Shown: piece after piece, positions 49,746 through 60,163 of the stretch | How positions within the stretch are numbered: position 1 is the stretch's first letter | Layout: each line of letters starts with the position of its first letter | From: Minisyncoccota bacterium | GTDB lineage: Bacteria; Patescibacteriota; Minisyncoccia; UBA6257 | Direction: 5' to 3' | Length of the DNA: 64,000 bases | NCBI GenBank assembly: GCA_028695015.1 | Contig: JAQVJR010000002.1 | Coordinates: 706 to 64,705, forward strand | The notes under the pieces: generated by a model | Databases searched by the model: none | Seen by the model: the letters and a program-made list of their open reading frames with translations, nothing else | Told to the model about the DNA's origin: nothing | Program-made: the position numbers and the translations under genes

Positions 49746-49782
49746 ATAAAAAAAGAGCTCATTTAAGAGCTCTTTTCTTTTT
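49746..49782. terminator. Bidirectional terminator
   Basis: AAGAGCTC...GAGCTCTT hairpin with an A-run and a T-run. Confidence 0.55.
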
Positions 49783-49793
49783 AAGAAAAACTT

Positions 49794-50054
49794 TTAAAAG
49801 GTTTTCTTCATTGGCCTAGCTTCATCTACGATAAGAGTTCTTCCATCTAATTCTTTTCCATTTAATGACTCTGCGGCTTTTTTAGCCTCTTCTTCTGAAG
49901 ACATTTCTACAAAACCAAATCCTTTGGATCTGCCTGACATTTTATCAGTAATAATAACTGCAGAAGTAACGGTTCCAGCCTGAGAGAAAAATTCTCTAAG
50001 ACCATCTTCGTTTGTATCGTAAGAAAGACTGCCTACATAAAGCTTATTGCTCAT
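49794..50054 (-). CDS. RRM-type RNA-binding protein
   Basis: RNP2 LYVGSL and RNP1 KGFGFVEM motifs. 86 aa. Confidence 0.8.
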   Translation of the reverse strand: MSNKLYVGSLSYDTNEDGLREFFSQAGTVTSAVIITDKMSGRSKGFGFVEMSSEEEAKKAAESLNGKELDGRTLIVDEARPMKKTF

Positions 50055-50262
50055 CTTTTACGTTTACCCGTTAAATTAACTTAACGAAATTATTTAATTT
50101 ACGACCTACCCCCTTAACTATAGCCTGACAGTATCTTTCTTACCGCTTAGTACTTAATTATAGGATAAGAGAGTTAAGCTCCCTTTTTCTTATTATTTAA
50201 GAAAAAAGCTTATGGATATATACTACTCGCCTAAAAGCTATTTGTCAAATAGAAAAATCCAA

Positions 50263-51018
50263 TTAAAATATTTCTATTCCTACTGGACAATGATCAGAAC
50301 CCATTATTTTATCAAGAATAAAAGCATTTTTTATCTCTGAAGCCAAAGGTTCTGAGATAAAGATATAATCTATTCTCCAGCCTAGGTTTCTTTCCCTGGC
50401 TTTGGCAAAATAGGGCCACCAAGTATAATTATTTCCTTGTTTATGAAAGATTCTAAAACTATCTTTAAAACCTAATTGAATAATCTTATCTATTTGTTTT
50501 CTTTCATCTTCTGTGAACATAATACTATTCTTGTTTTCTTCTGGTCTAGCTAAATCAATTTCCTGATGAGCAATATTAAAATCTCCGGTCAGAATAACTT
50601 TTTTATTTTTAATTGTTTTCAAGAGTTTTAAAAGATGATTATAAGCTTTTAATTTATATTCTAAATTTTCTTTTTGTCTGCCACCATGAGGTAAATAAAG
50701 ATTGATTAAAATAAAATCAGAATATTCTAATTTTAAAATTCTACCTTCTTGATCAAATTGCTTAAATCCTAATTTAAAATCAACTTGCTTAGGCTTTTCT
50801 TTAGAATAAACACCAACACCAGCATAACCCTTCTTTTCAGCTGGATTAAGATAAAAAGTATAATCATCAACCTCAGTTAATTCTATTGGTAACTCTTCTC
50901 TTAGCACTCTTGTTTCTTGTAAACAAACAATATCTGCATCAGCCATTTCTAGCCATTGCAAAAAGCCTTTTTTATGAATAGCTCTTAAGCCATTAACATT
51001 CCAACAAAGAATTCTCAT
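50263..51018 (-). CDS. xth: Exodeoxyribonuclease III
   Basis: MRILCWNVNGLRA N-terminus. EEP family catalytic residues. Confidence 0.85.
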   Translation of the reverse strand: MRILCWNVNGLRAIHKKGFLQWLEMADADIVCLQETRVLREELPIELTEVDDYTFYLNPAEKKGYAGVGVYSKEKPKQVDFKLGFKQFDQEGRILKLEYSDFILINLYLPHGGRQKENLEYKLKAYNHLLKLLKTIKNKKVILTGDFNIAHQEIDLARPEENKNSIMFTEDERKQIDKIIQLGFKDSFRIFHKQGNNYTWWPYFAKARERNLGWRIDYIFISEPLASEIKNAFILDKIMGSDHCPVGIEIF

Positions 51019-51042
51019 AATTAAAAAGTTAATAAGTTTTCA

Positions 51043-51064
51043 AAAACCGCTCAAAAGCGGTTTT
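51043..51064. terminator. Bidirectional terminator
   Basis: AAAACCGC-TCAAAA-GCGGTTTT hairpin. Confidence 0.5.
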
Positions 51065-51071
51065 ATAATAA

Positions 51072-51932
51072 TCATTTCCCCTTTACCTGATGAACAACTA
51101 CCTGAGGCAAAGGAATCTTTATTTTTTCTTTATCAAAAGCAATTTTAATTCTCTTTCTTAATTCTCCAGTAACTGACCATTGTTTTAAGCTTCTTGTCTC
51201 TCCAACTATCTTAATTATAATTCCAGATTCTCCAAAATTATTCACTCGTAAAAATTGAGGTGTTTTTAAGATATTATCTGCCCACTCTGGGTCCTTAGCT
51301 AAATCTTCACCAACCTTATTAATAACTTTGATAACTTTTTCAAGATTACAGTCATAAGACACTCGAATATCTAAATTAATCCTAGCAAAATACTTAGAAC
51401 GATTTGAAACTTTTTTTATTTCCCCATGAGGAATATGGTGCACTACCCCGTCTAGGTCTCTTAAAGTAGTCATGCGCATAGATATGTCTTCTACACTTCC
51501 GCAAGTACCATCAAAGCAAACCACATCTCCAATTCTGTATTGATTTTCCGCAATAATAAAAAATCCAGTAATTAAATCCCGGATAAGATATTGACCACCA
51601 AATCCCAAAGCTAGTCCTGCTATTCCTGCTGCTGCTAATAAAGGACCAATAGCAATACCTATTTCTTCTAAAACAACAGCCACTGCAACAACAAAAACTA
51701 AGGCATCTAGTAATGAAGAAAAAACACGAATTAAAGTATCTTCTCTTTTCTTCTCTGATTCTTTTTCTTTTTTAGAAACAGAATCAATAACAATAACCCT
51801 TCTAATAATCCTTGCCATGAGAATTTTTCCAAATTTCCTAAAAATCAAGGCGAGAATAATTGTCGCTAAGATATTTGGCCCATGGCTAACAATCCAAGGG
51901 ATAATAATATTGTGTATAATTTCTGTTAACAT
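51072..51932 (-). CDS. Mechanosensitive channel, MscS family
   Basis: Three TM helices plus the conserved MscS beta-domain. Confidence 0.8.
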   Translation of the reverse strand: MLTEIIHNIIIPWIVSHGPNILATIILALIFRKFGKILMARIIRRVIVIDSVSKKEKESEKKREDTLIRVFSSLLDALVFVVAVAVVLEEIGIAIGPLLAAAGIAGLALGFGGQYLIRDLITGFFIIAENQYRIGDVVCFDGTCGSVEDISMRMTTLRDLDGVVHHIPHGEIKKVSNRSKYFARINLDIRVSYDCNLEKVIKVINKVGEDLAKDPEWADNILKTPQFLRVNNFGESGIIIKIVGETRSLKQWSVTGELRKRIKIAFDKEKIKIPLPQVVVHQVKGK

Positions 51933-51983
51933 AATATTTATTTAATTTATTATAACAAAAGAATTATTAAAATCAAAAAAGAC

Positions 51984-53186
51984 CTAGGCTTCACAATAAT
52001 ACTCACCAAACATGTTTTTAACTTTCCAAGGCTTTCCTTCTTTAATAAACAACTTAGCCACCCTGGCTTTATCAGTATAATGCAAGATTTCTTCTCCTAT
52101 GGTATTTAATTTTTCACCAATATCTTCTATTGCTATCTTAAACTTTTTGGGTGCTTGCGCTCCCCAAAGAATTACTTCATCCCCTATCTTCACTTGATTA
52201 ATATTAGTAATATCAACCATTAATTGATCCATACAAACCCTACCTATAATTGGCGCTAATTTACCTTTAATTAGCACCTGGCCTGAGTTAGATAATAATC
52301 GTGAATATCCATCTGCATATCCCACAGGTAGAGTAGCAACAATAATGTCTTTTTTTGCTTGATAAGTATTGCCATATCCAATAAAACTACCTGCTTTAAC
52401 TTTTTTAATAAAAAACACTTGGGTTTTAAAAGTTAATGCTGGAATTAAATTGATTTTTTTATTAACATCTGCTGAAGGATATAAGCCATATAAAATACAC
52501 CCTGGGCGCACCATATCTAGCCAAGTTTCTGGTAAATCTAATATGGCACCACTATTAGCTATATGAGAACAAAATGCACTAGGATGATAAACCTTGTTAA
52601 ATAAATCCTTAACTTCTTTAAAGAGTTTAGATTGATAAAATGAATAATCTTTATTACTTTCATCAGCTGTTGAAAAATGGGTAAATATTCCTGTGATTTC
52701 AATATTGTGCAAATTTTTTAATTTAGAAAAAAAAGCTTTTGCCTCAGAAGGTTTTATACCTAAGCGCCCCATCCCTGTATCTATTTTCAAATGTGCTTTT
52801 ATTCTTTTATTAAACTTCTTAGCAATTTCATTAACTTTATAAGCAGTATCAATATCACCAATCGTGGCCATTATTTCATAATTTAAATATAGCTTAACAT
52901 GCTCTTCTAAAATTACTCCTAAGACTAATATTGGGGCCTTGATGCTATTTTCTCTTAACATAATTGCCTCTTCTATTCTAGCAACTCCTAGCTGATCAAC
53001 ACCATTTTCTAAGATTAATCTTGATACCTCAGTAGCATCATGCCCATAACCATTGCCTTTAACAATACCCATAACTTTTACTTGTTTTCCAACTAATTTC
53101 TTTATGCTTTGTGCATTATGTTTTATTGCATCCAAATCTATTTCCAGCCATGAAAACCCTAATGTTTTTATCGTCTTTTGATTCAT
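51984..53186 (-). CDS. alr: Alanine racemase
   Basis: PLP lysine motif VKGNGYGHD. C-terminal beta domain. Confidence 0.85.
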   Translation of the reverse strand: MNQKTIKTLGFSWLEIDLDAIKHNAQSIKKLVGKQVKVMGIVKGNGYGHDATEVSRLILENGVDQLGVARIEEAIMLRENSIKAPILVLGVILEEHVKLYLNYEIMATIGDIDTAYKVNEIAKKFNKRIKAHLKIDTGMGRLGIKPSEAKAFFSKLKNLHNIEITGIFTHFSTADESNKDYSFYQSKLFKEVKDLFNKVYHPSAFCSHIANSGAILDLPETWLDMVRPGCILYGLYPSADVNKKINLIPALTFKTQVFFIKKVKAGSFIGYGNTYQAKKDIIVATLPVGYADGYSRLLSNSGQVLIKGKLAPIIGRVCMDQLMVDITNINQVKIGDEVILWGAQAPKKFKIAIEDIGEKLNTIGEEILHYTDKARVAKLFIKEGKPWKVKNMFGEYYCEA

Positions 53187-53261
53187 TTTATCTATGAAAA
53201 GTTAGGTTTGTATTTATTATTATAACTTACCTAATTCTTTATATCAAAATTGAATTTTAAA

Positions 53262-53290
53262 AGGCGCTATATTTTAGCGCCTGTTTTTTA
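53262..53290. terminator. Hairpin terminator after the sigma factor gene
   Basis: AGGCGCTA...TAGCGCCT hairpin with a T-run. Confidence 0.4.
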
Positions 53291-53303
53291 ATTTGCCCTC
53301 CTT

Positions 53304-54230
53304 TTAAAATAAGTCAAAGTATAATTTTAGATTTTTTTTACAACAAACTCTATAAAGCTTTTTTAGAATCTCTTCTTGGATTTGACGGATTCTTTCTCGA
53401 GTCAATTTAAAATAATCTCCAATTTCTTGAAGGGTATAAATTCTCCCTTCAAAAAATCCACACCTGGCCATAATTATAATTCTTTCTTTTTTAGTTAAAT
53501 ATGTATTAAATATTCTCCTTATCTCTTCTCTTAATTCTTTTTCTTCTATCTGTGCGGCCACAGATTGGTTTTGTTCCGCTATAACATCTAATAGCCCTTC
53601 TCTGTCTCTTAGCTTTAGATCTTGTTCTAAAGAAGGATTATAAAACCCAATATCAAAAGATCTTATTAACGCAGAACTAACTCCATCCTTTCCTTTCTTA
53701 ATTGTATGCATCTCTCTATGACTCAATCCCATCATCCTTCCTACTTCCTGATCAGTAGGAATATACCCCTCTGAATGAATAATTTCTTCTTTTTTCTTAT
53801 TAAGCTTCATGATTTTCTCTCTTAAAGAAAGAGGGATTCTGATTGTTTGAGAACTATTACCTATGCCTCTTAAAATATAGTGCCTAATCCACCAAGTAGC
53901 ATAGGTAGAAAAAGTAAACCCTTTTTGCCATTTATAACGGTTTATAGCTTCTTCCAAGCCTAATAACCCTTCTTGAACTAAGTCCTCATAATCTAGGCTT
54001 CCTAAAAGATTTCTGGGACAAATAATTGTGAAACGACTAGCTGTTTTAAAAACAAGCCTCCTGTTCATTTCCCAGAGATAATTCCTTATTTCTGCTGCTT
54101 CTCTTTTATTTCTTTTTTCTAATTCCTCCTTTTTCTGAAATAATTCTAGAGTTTCCTTGTGAGTTAGAATTTTGTAATCCTTAGAGTAAAAACTACCTTG
54201 ACTTTTGTTTTGTAAAAGAGCCGTCTTCAT
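53304..54230 (-). CDS. Sigma-70 family RNA polymerase sigma factor (short RpoD-like)
   Basis: Region 2 (DLVQEGLLGLEEAINRY...YATWWIRHYI) and region 4 HTH (YTLQEIGDYFKLTRERIRQIQ). RBS AGGAGGAATATTCTAATG. Confidence 0.8.
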   Translation of the reverse strand: MKTALLQNKSQGSFYSKDYKILTHKETLELFQKKEELEKRNKREAAEIRNYLWEMNRRLVFKTASRFTIICPRNLLGSLDYEDLVQEGLLGLEEAINRYKWQKGFTFSTYATWWIRHYILRGIGNSSQTIRIPLSLREKIMKLNKKKEEIIHSEGYIPTDQEVGRMMGLSHREMHTIKKGKDGVSSALIRSFDIGFYNPSLEQDLKLRDREGLLDVIAEQNQSVAAQIEEKELREEIRRIFNTYLTKKERIIIMARCGFFEGRIYTLQEIGDYFKLTRERIRQIQEEILKKLYRVCCKKNLKLYFDLF

Positions 54231-54402
54231 TAGAATATTCCTCCTTTTTATTTCTAATGATTTATTTTAATAATAATAACATCTTTAATTAAAAGTGTAA
54301 AGAGTTTCAAAATAATAAACTATTATCTTTTCTATTTAAATACTTAAATCACAAAACATAAATGCTATATTATTCTAATATTAAAACCAATGACCATAAA
54401 AC

Positions 54403-54430
54403 AAAACGAGCTTAGGTTAAGCTCGTTTTT
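54403..54430. terminator. Bidirectional terminator
   Basis: AAACGAGC...GCTCGTTT hairpin followed by a T-run. Confidence 0.5.
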
Positions 54431-54443
54431 ATTCTCATTGCTT

Positions 54444-55148
54444 TTATTTGCCTAGCTTTTTATAACATAACCACCAATCATAACATTCAAATTCTCCTTT
54501 TTTACTTTTTTCTAATCTTTCTTTTGCTGTTTTAACATCAGTTGCTGGAGGAATAATTACCTGATCATCAATAATTTCATTTTCTGGCCAATTAGCTGGA
54601 ATAGCTACTTTGTGTTTATCAGCTATTTGCATAGCCTTAACCACACGAACAATCTCATCCATATTACGACCTAGTTCTTGAGGGTAATATAGTATTATTC
54701 TAATCCTACTCTCACCATCTACCACAAAGACTGCTCTCACTGTATTGGTGCCCTTTCCAGGATGAACTAAACCTAATTTACTAGCTACTTGCCCAGTATC
54801 AGCAATAATGGGAAAAGTAATTTCCACATCTAATTTTTCCTGAATCCATTCTTCCCATTTGATATGAGAAAAAACCTGATCCACACTCATGCCTATTAAT
54901 TCACAATTTAATTCTTTAAATTGGTCATATCTTTTTTGAAAAGCCACAAATTCTGTTGTGCAAACAGGCGTAAAATCTGCTGGATGGCTAAAAAGAACAA
55001 ACCATTTACCAGAAAGATCGTGAGGCAATTTCATTATACCTCTAGTAGTGACCACTTCCATTTCTGGAAATTTATCACCTAATAAAGGCATGCTTTGTTG
55101 TTTTTCTAAGTTATTATCCATTTTTAATTTAAAATTAATGTTTAACAA
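54444..55148 (-). CDS. Peroxiredoxin (1-Cys/Prx6-like); true start possibly the internal MPLLGD
   Basis: FTPVCTTE peroxidatic Cys motif. Confidence 0.85.
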   Translation of the reverse strand: MLNINFKLKMDNNLEKQQSMPLLGDKFPEMEVVTTRGIMKLPHDLSGKWFVLFSHPADFTPVCTTEFVAFQKRYDQFKELNCELIGMSVDQVFSHIKWEEWIQEKLDVEITFPIIADTGQVASKLGLVHPGKGTNTVRAVFVVDGESRIRIILYYPQELGRNMDEIVRVVKAMQIADKHKVAIPANWPENEIIDDQVIIPPATDVKTAKERLEKSKKGEFECYDWWLCYKKLGK

Positions 55149-55253
55149 CGACCTTTATCGATAAATACCAATAATACTTAATAAGAATACCAGAAATCAT
55201 TTTTTTATCAAGCTATTTATTCTGTTTTCTAAGTTGCGTTTTTCAAATAATTC

Positions 55254-55607
55254 TTGTATGATCTTAGTAAAGAATATTTAACTAAATTTATGTTTAAATC
55301 TGGTTTTGAAAATATACCTGAAAAAAGAATAGCTGTAAATAATAGCGAACAAGAAGCACCAATAAATCCAGAAATAGATAAAATATCAGAAACAGAGCAA
55401 CAATTAGAAAATCAAATAAATCTTATTAATTTAAATATTGGTGATGAATTTTTAATCCCTGAGACAGACATTGAATACAAAGTTTTAGTAAAATACGCAA
55501 AAGACAGAATCACCGCTAGAGAAAAAGGAACACCTAATATCATTACTTTTAACGGAGAATTAAAAGTAATTCCTGTTTCAACAAAAAAACAAGAAAAACC
55601 TGAATAA
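55254..55607 (+). CDS. Hypothetical protein
   Basis: ORF followed by a terminator. No motif recognised. Confidence 0.35.
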   Translation: MYDLSKEYLTKFMFKSGFENIPEKRIAVNNSEQEAPINPEIDKISETEQQLENQINLINLNIGDEFLIPETDIEYKVLVKYAKDRITAREKGTPNIITFNGELKVIPVSTKKQEKPE

Positions 55608-55630
55608 TAGATTTCAATTATTTATTATTA

Positions 55631-55651
55631 AAAACCGCCTAAGGCGGTTTT
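55631..55651. terminator. Bidirectional terminator
   Basis: AAAACCGCC-TAA-GGCGGTTTT hairpin. Confidence 0.55.
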
Positions 55652-55660
55652 AATTTTTAT

Positions 55661-55960
55661 CTAACCTTTCTTATCAAGCTTGTCTAGTTTCAACCATTTA
55701 AACCCAAAATATACAACAAGAGCAATTATGAGAAAATCTATAATCACACTAATAAAGTCTCCATATAGAATTTGAGCTGAACCAAGATTAAAACTTGCTG
55801 CTTTTAAGCCTTCAGCTGCACCAAGAACTAGACCAAGAATTGGATTAATAATATCAGTAACTAGAGCTGAAACAACCTTAGAAACCGCACCACCAAGGAT
55901 AAACCCTATTGCTAATCCAATAACCCCTTGTTTACGAATAAAATCTATAAATCCTTCCAT
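55661..55960 (-). CDS. mscL: Large-conductance mechanosensitive channel
   Basis: 99 aa, two TM helices. GVIGLAIGFILGGA motif. Confidence 0.8.
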   Translation of the reverse strand: MEGFIDFIRKQGVIGLAIGFILGGAVSKVVSALVTDIINPILGLVLGAAEGLKAASFNLGSAQILYGDFISVIIDFLIIALVVYFGFKWLKLDKLDKKG

Positions 55961-58656
55961 GTTTTTAATTTTTTAATTACGACCTTTTGATTATTAGTTA
56001 TAAAATATTTCTGTTTGTAAAACTCAATTAATAAAATTTCTATAAAGCTAAAGCATAATATTGTCACCCAAGCACTAATGCCTAAAGGTTGAGTCGCTAA
56101 GATTTTCTGTAAAGGTGGAAGATAAACAGCAACTAAGATCAAAAAGAGAGCAATGATTACAGCACCAGTTAAATACCAATTAGAAAATATATCTCTTCTA
56201 AACATGGTTTTCTTTAAAGAACGGATACTAAAAACAAGAACTAAAGGATCTAAGCATAATAAAACAAAAGTCATTGTTTGAGCCAAACCTAAATCTCCAG
56301 TAAATTTCCACAAAACAAAGAAAAAGAAAAAAGCAGCCAAACCAGAAATAAAAAACAATGATGTCATCCATTTTTTCATTGGTTTGTTTAACATAGATTC
56401 TTTTGGATCTCTTGGTTTTTCCTCCATCATTCCTTCAATCTCCTGCTCTGCTGTTAAGGCAATATCTGGAAAACCATTAACTACTAAATTAATCCAAAGG
56501 ATTTGAGCTGGGATTAAAGGCAAAGGTGATCCCACTACCATACAACCTAAAAATAGAACCAATTCAGCAAAATCATCTGAGACCATATAAATAAAAAGCT
56601 TGCGAATATTTTCAAAAATCACTCTACCCTGTTCAATAGCTTTTAAAATAGTTTTAAAATTATCATCAATTAAAACTAAATCAGCGACTTCTTTTGCCAC
56701 ATCAGTACCTGAGCCAACAGCAACCCCAATATCTGCTGTTTTTAATGCTGGAGCATCATTTACTCCATCGCCAAACATAGCCACTACCTCGTCATTGTAT
56801 TGCAAAGCCCTAACAATACGAAGCTTATGATAAGGTGAAACCCGAGCATAAATAGTTACATATTTAGATTTTTCTCTTAATTCTTCATCACTCATTATTT
56901 CTAATTCTTTTCCTTCTATTATCTTATCTTTAGTAGCAGCAATACCTATCTCTTCAGCAATGGTTTTAGCTGTTAATTTATGATCCCCTGTTACAATTAC
57001 TGTCCGAATACCTGCTTTTTTGGTAGTCAGAATAGATTCTTTTGCATCTTGGCGAAGAGGGTCTTTTAGAGCTATAAAACCAACTAAAGACAAGCCATCA
57101 ACTAAATCTATTAAGTTTTTGTATTCTGTTTGAGCATCATAATTTCTATAAGCGCAAGCAAGTACTCGCAATCCTTTTTTAGTTAAAACTTCTAATTTAT
57201 CAATTAATTTATTAGCCTCTTCTGTGCCTAATCTTACCTTTCTCCCATCAATATCTAAATTAACTGAACGAGCAATAATCTCCTCTGGAGCACCAACAAC
57301 ATAAAGAGCACTTTTATTCTTTTCTATCCTATGAAAAGTAGCGGTAAATTTATTTTCTGATTCAAAACTAATTCTGTCTAATATTGGATATTGTTTTTCA
57401 AGTTTCTTTTTATTCAAACCCAAATGCATTCCTGCTAATAGCAAAGCCGTTTCTGTTGACCTGCCTCTAACTATCCATTGCTCTAATTCCTCTTCTGGGT
57501 TTTCCACATAAGAATCATTGGCTAAGGTGGCAATTTTTAAAGCTAAGATATAAGATTCAGCCCCTTCAATATTTTCATCTTTAATAAATCCATCAAAATC
57601 ATTGCCCATTAATTCCTTAGTGCTAGTTAAAACATGACTCACTTGCATCTTACCCTCAGTTAAAGTTCCTGTTTTATCAGTACAAATAACTGTTACCCCA
57701 CCCAAGGTTTCAGCGGCTACTAGCCTTTTAACTAAACCATTTTGATTAAATATCCGTCTCATTCCTAAAACCAAGACCACTGTGATTGCTGGGGGTAATC
57801 CTTCTGGTATTGCTGAAACTGCTAAAGCTAGAGCAGTTACAAATATATCAGTAAAAGGTTTTCCAGTTAAGGTACCTACAACAACAATCACAAAAATAAC
57901 TGAAAGAATGAATAAACCAGCTATCTTTGCCAGTGAATTAATCTGTCGTTGAAAAGGTGTATTTCGTTCTTTAGTTTCTTTTAAAAGAGCTACTATCTTA
58001 CCCATTTCTGTATCAATACCAGTAGCTACAATTACCACTAAAGCCCTCCCTTCTTCCACTATAGTGCCCATAAAGACCATATTGGTTCTTTCTGAAATAG
58101 GAGCATTCTTATGTAAATTATCGACTGCTTGCTTATCAACTGCTTGTGATTCACCAGTTAAACTAGCCTCATTCATTTTCAATCTCTTTGATTTTATTAT
58201 CCGCCCATCAGCAGGCACCCTATCCCCTGTTCTAAGAATAATCACATCACCAACCACTAGTCTTTCACTATTAATTTCCCTCTCATTGCTATTTCTGAAA
58301 ACTCTAGCCTTAATTTTCATCATCTTTTTCAAAAGAGATAATGATTCATTAGCCCTGTATTCTTGATAAAAACCAATCGTGGTGTTAATCATCAAAACAA
58401 TGATAATAAAGATAGAATCAAAGTAGTGTTTTAAAACAAAAGAAATCAAAACTATAATCAACAAGAAATATATTAAAGGATTATTAAACTGGCTAAAAAA
58501 TAACTGTATTTTTGAATAAGGTTTTTCTTGAGGTAAAAGATTAGGCCCGTCTTTTTTAAGTCGACGAGCAGCTTCTTTTTTCGTTAATCCTATTTCCTTG
58601 CTTCTAGTTTCGAAAAAAACATCAGCAATAGGTTTTGAATGCCATTTTTTACTCAT
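55945..58656 (-). CDS. Cation-transporting P-type ATPase (type II, Ca2+/cation)
   Basis: DKTGTLT phosphorylation site. TGES and GDGVNDAPAL motifs. 10 TM segments. Confidence 0.85.
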   Translation of the reverse strand: MSKKWHSKPIADVFFETRSKEIGLTKKEAARRLKKDGPNLLPQEKPYSKIQLFFSQFNNPLIYFLLIIVLISFVLKHYFDSIFIIIVLMINTTIGFYQEYRANESLSLLKKMMKIKARVFRNSNEREINSERLVVGDVIILRTGDRVPADGRIIKSKRLKMNEASLTGESQAVDKQAVDNLHKNAPISERTNMVFMGTIVEEGRALVVIVATGIDTEMGKIVALLKETKERNTPFQRQINSLAKIAGLFILSVIFVIVVVGTLTGKPFTDIFVTALALAVSAIPEGLPPAITVVLVLGMRRIFNQNGLVKRLVAAETLGGVTVICTDKTGTLTEGKMQVSHVLTSTKELMGNDFDGFIKDENIEGAESYILALKIATLANDSYVENPEEELEQWIVRGRSTETALLLAGMHLGLNKKKLEKQYPILDRISFESENKFTATFHRIEKNKSALYVVGAPEEIIARSVNLDIDGRKVRLGTEEANKLIDKLEVLTKKGLRVLACAYRNYDAQTEYKNLIDLVDGLSLVGFIALKDPLRQDAKESILTTKKAGIRTVIVTGDHKLTAKTIAEEIGIAATKDKIIEGKELEIMSDEELREKSKYVTIYARVSPYHKLRIVRALQYNDEVVAMFGDGVNDAPALKTADIGVAVGSGTDVAKEVADLVLIDDNFKTILKAIEQGRVIFENIRKLFIYMVSDDFAELVLFLGCMVVGSPLPLIPAQILWINLVVNGFPDIALTAEQEIEGMMEEKPRDPKESMLNKPMKKWMTSLFFISGLAAFFFFFVLWKFTGDLGLAQTMTFVLLCLDPLVLVFSIRSLKKTMFRRDIFSNWYLTGAVIIALFLILVAVYLPPLQKILATQPLGISAWVTILCFSFIEILLIEFYKQKYFITNNQKVVIKKLKTWKDL

Positions 58657-58819
58657 GAATCTATTTTATCAAAAAATCATTCTTTTATAAAATTAATCAA
58701 CAGCAAATAACTCATTTTCTCTAATAGAAGACTCTAAAAGACTTTTTATAAAAGGATTTTTAAATTGACTTTGGTATATTCTTAAAGCTTTTTCCTTGTT
58801 TTCTTTAATATTTCTCTCA

Positions 58820-59164
58820 TTATAATCCTAATATTTTCTTTAAAGCTACAGCATTATTATGCTTAATATCACTAGCTGAATACAATAAAGTTACTTTTTT
58901 CTTTTTTTTAATAATCTCTTTTAATTCATTAACGATTTCCTTTTTCAATTTTAACTCTTCTTTGTACCTTTTTTGAAATTCTATCCATTTCTTTGGATCG
59001 TGATTAAACCATTGACGTAATTCATTACTAGGTGATATTTCTTTAAACCATACATCTATCTTAGCTTTTTCCTTAGATATTCCCCTGGGCCAGAGATGAT
59101 CTATTAATATCCGATACCCATCATCTTTCTCTAATTTCTCATAAATTCTTTTAATTTTAATCAT
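58820..59164 (-). CDS. DUF488 family protein
   Basis: [25 protein letters not shown]...LRQWFNHDP pattern of DUF488. Confidence 0.55.
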   Translation of the reverse strand: MIKIKRIYEKLEKDDGYRILIDHLWPRGISKEKAKIDVWFKEISPSNELRQWFNHDPKKWIEFQKRYKEELKLKKEIVNELKEIIKKKKKVTLLYSASDIKHNNAVALKKILGL

Positions 59165-59248
59165 ATTTTAAAAGTTTTATTAAACTTTGGTGTAATTCTA
59201 TCAAAAAATCACCAAAAAGGCGATTTTTATTATTAAAGGATTTGAGGT

Positions 59249-60109
59249 TTATTTTATGTTTTCTATTACTTTCTTAAGATATTCTTCATCAATTTGCTTA
59301 TTATTATCCACATATTGTTTTGCAATTTTGTATAACTCATAAGCAATAAATTTTCTCCATTCTAATACATTCTTAGGTTTTGATTTAAAAGAAATAACTT
59401 TTGTTTTAAAATGTTTTTCACCTAAATAGCCTTCTGGAATAAATGAACTAATCAATAATTCTTCAAAAAACATTCTACCTAGCATATTCTTTTCTAATTT
59501 TATTAATAATTTATTGTTTTCCTTAGCTATCTTTTTAATTTTTAAAAACAAATCTTCATTCTTTCTTAACATTAAATGAAAAAATTCATGGGCTAAAACT
59601 GCTAAAGGAAAAAAATCCTTAGGGATTTGAAGATTAAAAGGAATTTCAACTACAATAAAACTATTTTTTGGTTCCCAAGAAAACCAAGCATTTATCTCTT
59701 TATTTTTGCTTGTTAAATCAGAAACAAGATAAACAGGTATTTTGGAAATTGAAAAACTTTTTATTCCACTTAATTTTTCTATTTCAAAGATTACTTTTTG
59801 AAATAAAGATTCATTTTCTAGAAAATATTGTTGCCATGAAAGTAAATGCTTATATGCCTTATGCCAATGTATATTAAATTTTTGATCTAGTAAACCAATA
59901 GAATTTTGTATTTCTTTTACTTTTTCTTTCCCAACATTCTTTTCAATCTGTTTCCATATTTTATCATCACTTTTTCCATAAAAAGACAAACTGACTTTTT
60001 CATCTAGTAAATATTTTTGCAAACCAGATTTGATAAATCCTACTTTATTTGATTTTTGTATAAAAAATAAGGTGTTACACAAACGAGAAATTTTAATTGA
60101 TAAATCCAT
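59249..60109 (-). CDS. Hypothetical protein with HExxH motif (putative gluzincin-type metallopeptidase)
   Basis: LAVLAHEFFHL followed about 35 aa later by EELL (possible third ligand). No other similarity recognised. Confidence 0.3.
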   Translation of the reverse strand: MDLSIKISRLCNTLFFIQKSNKVGFIKSGLQKYLLDEKVSLSFYGKSDDKIWKQIEKNVGKEKVKEIQNSIGLLDQKFNIHWHKAYKHLLSWQQYFLENESLFQKVIFEIEKLSGIKSFSISKIPVYLVSDLTSKNKEINAWFSWEPKNSFIVVEIPFNLQIPKDFFPLAVLAHEFFHLMLRKNEDLFLKIKKIAKENNKLLIKLEKNMLGRMFFEELLISSFIPEGYLGEKHFKTKVISFKSKPKNVLEWRKFIAYELYKIAKQYVDNNKQIDEEYLKKVIENIK

Positions 60110-60163
60110 ATAAGCTATTATAATGACTGAAAAGGAAATTATATATTTTTTTAATGCATAAAT

